Assembly (NCBI RefSeq): GCF_039654945.1
Contig: NW_027361804.1
Coordinates: 4,154,001-4,218,000 of the forward strand
Reading direction: 5' to 3'
DNA length: 64,000 nt
DNA from: Dendrobates tinctorius
Taxonomy: Eukaryota
Made by a program: the position numbers and the translations under genes. Position 1 is the stretch's first letter. Every line of letters begins with the position of its first letter. Under the pieces are notes generated by a model. It searched no databases and was not told where the DNA came from. It saw nothing but the letters and a program-made list of their open reading frames with translations. Shown here piece by piece: positions 38,101 through 45,818 of the stretch.

Positions 38101-40541
38101 TCAGCATTGGGGCCTGATGCTGCCCAGTATGGGGCGGAGAGCTCGGTATTGGGGAAAGATTTTACATACAGAGGTGAATGGCTTAGTATTAGGGGGGCGG
38201 ATGCTGCTCTCAGTAGGGGGGGGGGGGGGGGGGGGAGGAGGCTCAGCACTAGGGTGATGAGCTCAGTATTAGGGGGGCTGGCACTGCTCAGTATGGGGGG
38301 CTCAGTATTAGGGGGCCTGATACTGCTCAGTACAGGGGGGGCTCAGTATTAGGGGGGCTGGCACTGGTCAGTACGGGGGGGCTCAGTATTAGGGGGGCTG
38401 GCACTGGTCAGTACGGGGGGGCTCAGTATTAGGGGGGCTGGCACTGGTCAGTACGGGGGGCTCAGTATTAGGGGGGCTGGCACTGGTCAGTATTAGGGGG
38501 GCTGATACTGCTCAGTATTAGGGGGGCTGAGTATTAGGGGGCTGATACTGCTCAGTATGGGGGGCTCAGTATTAGGGGTGCTGATACTGCTCAGTACGGG
38601 GGGGGATCAGTATTAGGGGGGCTGATACTGCTCAGTATTAGGGGGGCTCAGTATTAGGGGGCTGGCACTGGTCAATACGGGGGGCTCAGTATTAGGGGTG
38701 CTGATACTGCTCAGTACGGGGGGGCTCAGTATTAGGGGGGCTGGCACTGGTCAGTACGGGGGGATCAGTATTAGGGGGGCTGATACTGCTCAGTACGGGG
38801 GGGATCAGTATTAGGGGGGCTGATACTGCTCAGTATTAGGGGGGCTCAGTATTAGGGGGGCTGGCACTGGTCAGTATGGGGGGCTCAGTATTAGGGGTGC
38901 TGATACTGCTCAGTACGGGGGGGCTCAGTATTAGGGGGGCTCAGTATTAGGGCGGCTGATACTGCTCAGTATGGGGGGCTCAGTATTAGGGGGGCTTGCA
39001 CTGCTCAGTATGGGGGGCTCAGTATGGGAGTGGAGGGCTCAGTATTAGGGGGGCTGATACTGCTCAGTATGGGGGGCTCAGTATTGGGGGGCTGATACTG
39101 CTCACTATGGGGGGCTCAGTATTAGGGGGGCTCAGTATTAGGGGGGCTGATACTGCTCAGTATTAGGGGGGCTCCGTATTAGGGGGGCTGACACTGCTCA
39201 GTATTAGGGGGGCTCAGTATTAGGGGGGCTGATACTGCTCAGTATGTGGGGGCTCCGTATTAGGGGGCTGATACTGCTCAGTAGGGGGGGCTCCGTATTA
39301 GGGGGGCTGACACTGCTCAGTATTAGGGGGGCTCAGTATTAGGGGGGCTGATACTGCTCAGTACGGGGGGCTCAGCATTAGGGGGGCTGATACTGCTCAG
39401 TACGGGGGGGCTCAGTATTAGGGGTGCAGATACTGCTCAGTACGGGGGGGCTCAGTATTAGGGGGGATGGCACTGGTCAGTATTAGGGGGGCTGATACTG
39501 CTCAGTATTAGGGGGGCTCAGTATTAGGGGGGCTGATACTGCTCAGTATTAGGGGGGCTGATACTGCTCAGTACGGGAGGCTCAGCATTAGGGGGGCTGA
39601 TACTGCTCAGTACGGGGGGGGCTCAGTATTAGGGGTGCAGATACTGCTCAGTACGGGGGGGCTCAGTATTAGGGGGCTGGCACTGGTCAGTACGGGGGGC
39701 TCAGTATTAGGGGGGGCTGGCACTGCTCAGTACGGGGGGCTCAGTATTAGGGGGGCTGGCACTGCTCAGTACGGAGGGCTCAGTATTAGGGGGGGCTGGC
39801 ACTGGTCAGTACGGGGGGCTCAGTATTAGGGGGGCTGACACTGCTCAGTACGGGGGGCTCAGTATTAGGGGGGCTGACACTGCTCAGTACGGGGGGCTCA
39901 GTATTAGGGGGGCTGACACTGCTCAGTACGGGGGGCTCAGTATTAGGGGGGCTGACACTGCTCAGTACGGGGGGCTCAGTATTAGGGGGGCTGACACTGC
40001 TCAGTACGGGGAGCTCAGTATTAGGGGGGCTGGCACTGCTCAGTACGGAGGGCTCAGTATTAGGGGGGGCTGGCACTGCTCAGTACGGGGGGGGCTCAGT
40101 ATTAGGGGGGCTCAGTATTAGGGGGGCTGGCACCGCTCAGTATTAGGGGGGCTCCGTATTAGGGGGCTGATACTGCTCAGTAGGGGGGGCTCAGTATTAG
40201 GGGGGCTGGCACCGCTCAGTATTAGGGGGGCTCAGTATTAGGGGGGCTGGCACCGCTCAGTATTAGGGGGGCTCAGTATTAGGGGGGCTGGCACTGCTCA
40301 GCATCAGTAGCTCCCATCATCCTCGGAGCATTCGCTCGCTCCGGAGAACTTTCCCCATTGGCCGCCTTTCTGCCCGGACGCCGCCGTCCCCCGGACCCCG
40401 CGCTCAGGCTGCTGTCCCCGGACTCACCTCAATCTCGAAGTCGGGCAACTGGAAGGCGGTGCGGAAAAGGGAGCAGAAGTGCGCGATGGCCGGAACCCGC
40501 CAGCAGGAGCGGAGCTCAGCCAGAGCAGCGTCCGGGGGCAT
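14178..40541 (-). CDS. cecr2: Chromatin remodeling regulator CECR2; 19 coding exons, 3660 nt, 1219 aa
   Basis: Exons 40428-40541, 27108-27202, 26846-27029, 26629-26762, 25565-25651, 25401-25453, 24945-25111, 24679-24762, 24062-24182, 22727-22856, 22607-22650, 22320-22411, 21785-21911, 21340-21701, 18686-18811, 18005-18614, 14942-15968, 14573-14669 and 14178-14183; all GT-AG with matching phases. N-terminus [32 protein letters not shown]-hook KRGRPPKK, bromodomain WPF..APNYY..PMD..NCVKYN, C-terminus LPLDQT*. Confidence 0.94.
14573..14669 (-). CDS. cecr2: cecr2 exon 18
   Basis: [12 protein letters not shown]...PPMLPLDQ; donor gtaagt. Confidence 0.85.
14942..15968 (-). CDS. cecr2: cecr2 exon 17 (large P/Q-rich exon)
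   Basis: Includes [18 protein letters not shown]; ag/gtgtgt boundaries. Confidence 0.87.
16051..17997 (+). repeat. 81/86-bp minisatellite (family B) filling cecr2 intron 16
   Basis: CCAGAGCTGCACTCACTATTCTGCTGGTGCAGTCACTGTGTACATACATTAC(ATTAC)TGATCCTGAGTTACATCCTGTATTATAC, ~23 copies. Confidence 0.97.
18005..18614 (-). CDS. cecr2: cecr2 exon 16
   Basis: Includes QPAMWNGN and [13 protein letters not shown]. Confidence 0.87.
18686..18811 (-). CDS. cecr2: cecr2 exon 15
   Basis: PAAPLKL...[10 protein letters not shown]...FGAQ; strong polypyrimidine acceptor. Confidence 0.8.
18843..21304 (-). repeat. 35-36 bp minisatellite (family A, reverse orientation) filling cecr2 intron 14
   Basis: Reverse complement of the 2838-4986 unit, ~69 copies. 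Confidence 0.97.
21340..21701 (-). CDS. cecr2: cecr2 exon 14
   Basis: [21 protein letters not shown]...HPRDT. Confidence 0.9.
21785..21911 (-). CDS. cecr2: cecr2 exon 13 (bromodomain)
   Basis: [12 protein letters not shown]...[12 protein letters not shown]. Confidence 0.95.
21949..22275 (+). repeat. 27-bp GC-rich minisatellite in cecr2 intron 12
   Basis: GAGAGGAGACGGGCAGCCGCCGGAGGC x12, identical copies. Confidence 0.97.
22320..22411 (-). CDS. cecr2: cecr2 exon 12 (bromodomain)
   Basis: [30 protein letters not shown]. Confidence 0.95.
22607..22650 (-). CDS. cecr2: cecr2 exon 11
   Basis: [14 protein letters not shown]; donor gtgagt. Confidence 0.88.
22727..22856 (-). CDS. cecr2: cecr2 exon 10
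   Basis: [28 protein letters not shown]. Confidence 0.92.
22915..24040 (+). repeat. Degenerate modular repeat in cecr2 intron 9
   Basis: Recurrent GCACATACTGCACA core with shuffled linker modules. Confidence 0.85.
24062..24182 (-). CDS. cecr2: cecr2 exon 9
   Basis: [25 protein letters not shown] (coiled-coil-like). Confidence 0.9.
24679..24762 (-). CDS. cecr2: cecr2 exon 8
   Basis: [16 protein letters not shown]...RQE; symmetric phase-0 exon, donor gtgagc. Confidence 0.72.
24945..25111 (-). CDS. cecr2: cecr2 exon 7
   Basis: [21 protein letters not shown]...[12 protein letters not shown]. Confidence 0.9.
25401..25453 (-). CDS. cecr2: cecr2 exon 6
   Basis: [17 protein letters not shown]; restores the phase between exons 5 and 7. 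Confidence 0.78.
25565..25651 (-). CDS. cecr2: cecr2 exon 5 (AT-hook)
   Basis: [14 protein letters not shown]; phases match neighbours. Confidence 0.88.
25757..26567 (-). repeat. 86-bp minisatellite (family B, reverse orientation) filling cecr2 intron 4
   Basis: Reverse complement of the 16051-17997 unit, ~9.5 copies. Confidence 0.97.
26629..26762 (-). CDS. cecr2: cecr2 exon 4
   Basis: [33 protein letters not shown]. Confidence 0.9.
26846..27029 (-). CDS. cecr2: cecr2 exon 3
   Basis: [26 protein letters not shown]...[12 protein letters not shown]. Confidence 0.93.
27108..27202 (-). CDS. cecr2: cecr2 exon 2
   Basis: [32 protein letters not shown]. Confidence 0.93.
28040..28530 (+). mobile_element. 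Old Tc1-like transposase fragment
   Basis: [15 protein letters not shown]-like motif at ~28168-28212 and degenerate Tc1-like coding remnants; no TIRs seen. Confidence 0.6.
32890..35192 (+). repeat. C-rich 34/41-bp minisatellite in cecr2 intron 1
   Basis: ACTCAGGACCCCATAATACCAATAAGCCCCC(ACCCCCC)AAT. Confidence 0.96.
35293..35523. mobile_element. Palindromic MITE (T2/Kolobok-like AGG...CCT termini)
   Basis: AGGCTATGTGCACACGCTGCGG ... CCGCAGCGTGTGCACATAGCCT, perfect 22-bp TIR. Confidence 0.85.
35665..37680 (+). repeat. 43-bp CpG-dense minisatellite in cecr2 intron 1
   Basis: GACGTATCGGTGACGATCGGGATCTTACACCGAGGCCCCGCGT, ~47 copies, 7 CpG per unit. Confidence 0.97.
37760..40300 (+). repeat. G-run-rich ~39-bp minisatellite in cecr2 intron 1
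   Basis: CTCAGTATTAGGGGGGCTGACACTGCTCAGTACGGGGGG, degenerate at its left edge. Confidence 0.94.
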
Positions 40542-40705
40542 CCCGAGGGCAGCACCCCGAGCCCGGACACAGCGTGCAGGAGAGCGGCCACAATGTGAGC
40601 CCCGGCCGGGGAGGAACAGATGGGCTGTGGGCGGGACCGAGGCAGGACACCGCCCACTGCACGAGGAACACCACGCCCCCAGCCCGAGCACAGAGGGAAC
40701 AGAGC
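40320..40705 (-). promoter_or_regulatory. CpG island / cecr2 promoter-exon 1 region
   Basis: GC- and CpG-rich segment around the first coding exon, with GGGCGG-type boxes. Confidence 0.65.
40428..40541 (-). CDS. cecr2: cecr2 coding exon 1 (DDT start)
   Basis: [38 protein letters not shown]; donor gtgagt. Confidence 0.92.
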
Positions 40706-42820
40706 AACAAGAGTAATAGTGACGTCATCACTGACAGGAACAAGAGTAATAGTGACGTCATCACTGAGAGTAACAAGAGCAATAGTGACGTCATCACTGA
40801 CAGGAACAAGAGTAATAGTGACATCATCACTGAGAGTAACAAGAGCAATAGTGACGTCATCACTGACAGGATCAAGAGTAATAGTGACGTCATCACTGAG
40901 AGTAACAAGAGTAATAGTGACGTCATCACTGACAGTAACAAGAACAATAGTGACATCATCACTGAGAGTAACAAGAGTAATAAGTGACATCATCACTGAG
41001 AGTAACAAGAGTAATAGTGACATCATCACTGAGAGTAACAAGAGTAATAGTGACATCATCACTGAGAGTAACAAGAGCAAAAGTGACATCATCACTGAGA
41101 GTAACAAGAGTAATAGTGACGTCATCACTGACAGGATCAAGAGTAATAGTGACGTCATCACTGAGAGTAACAAGAGTAATAGTGACATCATCACTGAGAG
41201 TAACAAGAGTAATAGTGACATCATCACTGAGAGTAACAAGAGTAATAGTGACATCATCACTGAGAGTAACAAGAGTAATAGTGACATCATCACTGAGAGT
41301 AACAAGAGTAATAGTGACGTCATCACTGAGAGTAACAAGAGTAATAGTGACATCATCACTGAGAGTAACAAGAGTAATAGTGACATCATCACTGAGAGTA
41401 ACAAGAGTAATAGTGACATCATCACTGACAGGATCAAGAGTAATAGTGACATCATCACTGAGAGTAACAAGAGTAATAGTGACATCATCACTGACAGGAT
41501 CAAGAGTAATAGTGACGTCATCACTGAGAGTAACAAGAGCAATAGTGACATCATCACTGAGAGTAACAAGAGTAATAGTGACATCATCACTGAGAGTAAC
41601 AAGAGTAATAGTGACGTCATCACTGAGAGTAACAAGAGCAATAGTGACATCATCACTGAGAGTAACAAGAGTAATAGTGACGTCATCACTGACAGGATCA
41701 AGAGTAATAGTGACGTCATCACTGAGAGTAACAAGAGTAATAGTGACGTCATCACTGAGAGTAACAAGAGTAATAGTGACGTCATCACTGAGAGTAACAA
41801 GAGTAATAGTGACATCATCACTGACAGGATCAAGAGTAATAGTGACGTCATCACTGAGAGTAACAAGAGTAATAGTGACGTCATCACTGACAGTAACAAG
41901 AGCAATAGTGACATCATCACTGAGAGTAACAAGAGTAATAGTGACGTCATCACTGACAGTAACAAGAGTAATAGTGACGTCATCACTGACAGTAACAAGA
42001 GCAATAGTGACGTCATCACTGACAGTAACAAGAGCAATAGTGACGTCATCACTGACAGGATCAAGAGTAATAGTGACATCATCACTGACAGGAACAAGAG
42101 CAATAGTGACATCATCACTGACAGTAACAAGAGCAATAGTGACGTCATCACTGACAGGATCAAGAGTAATAGTGACATCATCACTGACAGGAACAAGAGC
42201 AATAGTGACATCATCACTGACAGGATCAAGAGTAATAGTGACGTCATCACTGAGAGTAACAAGAGTAATAGTGACGTCATCACTGAGAGTTACAAGAGTA
42301 ATAGTGACATCATCACTGACAGGATCAAGAGTAATAGTGACATCATCACTGACAGGAACAAGAGCAATAGTGACATCATCACTGAGAGTAACAAGAGTAA
42401 TAGTGACGTCATCACTGAGAGTAACAAGAGTAATAGTGACGTCATCACTGAGAGTAACAAGAGTAATAGTGACATCATCACTGACAGGATCAAGAGTAAT
42501 AGTGACGTCATCACTGAGAGTAACAAGAGTAATAGTGACGTCATCACTGAGAGTAACAAGAGTAATAGTGACGTCATCACTGACAGGATCAAGAGTAATA
42601 GTGACGTCATCACTGAGAGTAACAAGAGTAATAGTGACGTCATCACTGACAGTAACAAGAGCAATAGTGACGTCATCACTGACAGTAACAAGAGCAATAG
42701 TGACGTCATCACTGACAGGATCAAGAGTAATAGTGACATCATCACTGACAGGAACAAGAGCAATAGTGACATCATCACTGACAGGATCAAGAGTAATAGT
42801 GACGTCATCACTGAGAGTAA
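40705..42820 (+). repeat. 33-bp minisatellite containing the CRE palindrome, immediately upstream of cecr2
   Basis: AACAAGAGTAATAGTGAC(G/A)TCATCACTGAGAGT; 64 units counted from the translated track. Confidence 0.97.
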
Positions 42821-43545
42821 TATCTCTGATGTTAATATTAACAGCACTAAAATCATTATCAATTATATTAATATAATAATTTATGTTATCAGTACTACAA
42901 GACTAAAGAGAAATATCATTAATACTAAGTAATAGAATAGTAATAATCAAAGTCCTATAATAATACATTAATAATCTTATTACCATTATCAGTAATACTA
43001 GAGTTTTAGTTAAAATAATAATACTAATCACATCTCTTGTACCACAGTAATAATTACAATAATTATATTTTTGCAATCAATAGTACAGGAATAATAAAGT
43101 TACAATATCATCACTAATACTATAGCTGTCATAATAATCACAGTAACAGTATGAATTGTAACAAATAATACTAATATAATAATTAGTAATAATGATATAA
43201 CTAATTGTAAACAATGACAGAGGTAATAACAATTATAATAATACCATCACTAATGCTGTAAAAATGACAGCAATAATACTGATAACTAAAAATACAATAA
43301 TATGAGTTATAGTATTAGTTATAGTATTAGTAGTAGCAGTAAAAGTAACAATACAATTCAGTTTATCATCATTAATATTATTTCCACAAAAATACTCATA
43401 ACACCAAAGCTAATATGAGAATAATTATATTAATAATATGTTGATAAATACCAGTGTAATAATCACAGTAATTAACAAACTAAAAAAACAATAATAGCAG
43501 TATGAATACTCCCATCAATAATTCCAGAGCAGCTATCATACTTAT

Positions 43546-44207
43546 TGTCATGGTTTGAACAGGGTTCTTGCCCTGCACTCACAGGGTTAAGTATTTGTGG
43601 CCCCTTCTGGATCTGGGAGGGGTATTTATACTCGCTCTTTACCAGGGTTCCCTGTTAGCTATACTGTTGTTCTGGTGTGTCTGACCCCTGGTGTGCGTGT
43701 ATTCTGCATTGCTTGTTTGATTCCCGTGTATGACCCGGTCCGTTCCCTCACTCTGTTCTCCGTCTCTTGCTTTGGTATTATTGTCTTCTCCGGTTCTGAC
43801 CTCCTGGCTTGGCTATCGTTACTCCGTCACAGTTTGTCCCTATTGTACTGTCCATTGCCCGTTCTGGTTTTCTGATCTATTGCTACGTCCTGACTATTTG
43901 CTCTGTCTAACCCTTTGGTACTGTCCTGCTATCTCGTGCTTTGACCCCGGCTTGATCTGGTTTCTGTCTTTGTCTATGCCCCTTGGTAACATTGTCCTGT
44001 AGTTACCTTTCTAGGAGATTTCCTTCAGCTCCTCGCTCTGTGGCGCTGAGGCCACTCCCCCAGCAGTCACGTGATTCAGGTCCTGTGAGCTTGGAGCATG
44101 CACTGTCACCACTGAGACCCCGCTCCGCAGGTATCTTTGAGCACTGTCTTTGTACTCAGGACACCCGCACTGGCTCAGTGAGCAAGTGCAGTGCGGTGTT
44201 CCTGACA
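43546..44207 (+). repeat. 5' LTR
   Basis: Direct repeat of 48806-49470; TATA-like TATTTATA at 43623-43630. Confidence 0.96.
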
Positions 44208-44269
44208 TTATAGCTAACCGTTTCAGGTTTTTTTTTCCTCTGAAGGAAAAAAAAAAGTGTGTTATCCTC

Positions 44270-45524
44270 ATGGATCCCATACAAGCTTTGGCTGATCAGG
44301 TCAAGCACCTGACCCAAATGTTCCACAGACTTAATGTGGAACAGCGCACGATGGCCCAGACCCAGCACCAGTTGGTGGTTACTGTGCAGGGGGCTGTCGC
44401 TGCAGGGGCTTCTAGTGCTGGGGATAGTGATGTGTCATTGGCATCCCCCGAATCTCCGGTCAAATTGCCAGACCCTTTCTCAGGGGATAAAAGTGAGTTC
44501 AGGTCGTTCAGAGAAGGATGCAAGTTTTTTTTTTCTCTGAGGCCCCGCTCCTCCGGGGATGAGTTCCAGAGGGTGGGGGTTGTCATTTCCCTACTTCGGG
44601 GGGCTCCACAGGCATGGGCTTTCTCTCTCTCTTCCTCTGCTCCTGAACGTATGTCTGTGAATTTGTTCTTTGAGGCTCTGGGGCACATTTATGATGAGCC
44701 TGATAGAGTGCGTCTGGCAGAGGATATGGTGATGAGTGTGACACAGGGGAGGCACTCTGCTGAATGGTTCTGCTCTGAGTTCAGACGCTGGGCAGCGGAG
44801 GTCTCCTGGGATGATGCTGCCCTCCGGGGTTTGTTCTGTAGAGGCCTGTCTGAACGTTTGAAAGATGCCCTAGCCCTTCATCCTCCACCGGATTCTTTGG
44901 AGGACGCTATGATCCAGGCTGTCCGCATGGACCGTAGGCTGCAGGCAAGAGGGGTCATGCTGCAGGAGACCCCTTTATTCTCCAATCTGAGAGACTCTGC
45001 ATCTAGTCCTGAGCCCATGGAGGTTGGTGCCACGTCATTGGAGGAAAAAGAGAGGAGACACCGAAGAAACAACCAATTGTGCTCATACTGTGGATCCGCT
45101 GGACATTGGAGAAGGAACTGTCCTTCTTGCCCTTCTTCAGTGAAGCCGTCAGGAAAACGACTGAGTCTGGGTAACAATCGAGGAGGTTGCCCAGACTCCC
45201 AGGTACCCTTTTCCTCACTTACTAAAATTCTGCTTCCGGTGGAACTAGAACTTACAGGCGGTCCGGTTGGGACTACCGCCTTTGTTGACTGTGGTTCTTC
45301 TATTAATCTGATCGATGCCAAAGTTGTGACTTTTCATAAGATAGGGACAGTCAGGTTAAAAGATCCTGTTAAAATTGTGGCAATTGATTCTTCTCCTATC
45401 ACCCAGGAGGGAATTTGTTTCATGACTGATACCTTTTCTCTGAAAGTGGGTCCCACTCGCGTGGAAAAATTAAGGTGTTTTGTTCTAAATTATCTGCCGG
45501 CTGGACTGGTACTGGGTATGCCTT
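44270..45524 (+). pseudogene. gag-protease portion of the polyprotein (cut by a SINE)
   Basis: MDPIQALADQV..., retrotransposon gag motif LPDPFSGD, CCHC knuckle CSYCGSAGHWRRNC, protease AFVDCGS. Confidence 0.92.
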
Positions 45525-45662
45525 AATAATCTTATAATAATAATCTTTTTTTTTATATAGCGCTAACATATTCCGCAGCGCTTTACAGTTTGCACACATT
45601 ATCATCACTGTCCCCGATGGGGCTCACAATCTAAATTCCCTATCAGTATGTCTTTGGAGTGT

Positions 45663-45693
<31 letters not shown>

Positions 45694-45811
45694 ACGCAAA
45701 CACGGGGAGAACATACAAACTCCTTGCAGATGTTGTCCTTGGTGGGATTCGAACCCAGGACCCCAGCGCTGCACTTGCAGCGCTAACCACTGAGCCACCA
45801 TGCTGCCCATG
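45525..45811 (-). mobile_element. tRNA-derived V-SINE with L2-type tail
   Basis: A box TGGCTCAGTGG, B box GGTTCGAATCC, V-domain-like GTTCTCCCCGTGTTTGCGTGGGTTTCCTCCGGG; 7-bp TSD ATGCCTT at 45518-24 and 45812-18. Removing it restores LGMPWLQRHNP. Confidence 0.93.
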
Positions 45812-45818
45812 ATGCCTT

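Noticed and set aside
40424-42932. 600-770 aa repetitive ORFs on both strands
   Set aside because: Translations of the 33-bp array in several frames, with no splice or domain support.
45150-45160. GGAAAAC as a -1 frameshift site between gag and pol
   Set aside because: gag and protease are already in one frame in this copy, so no shift is needed; cannot be supported from one copy.
44270-45524. Domesticated PEG10/RTL-like gag gene
   Set aside because: It lies between LTRs with a TSD, and its stop comes from the SINE tail; an ordinary broken element.
45730-45811. tRNA gene
   Set aside because: The A and B boxes belong to the SINE head; no complete cloverleaf.
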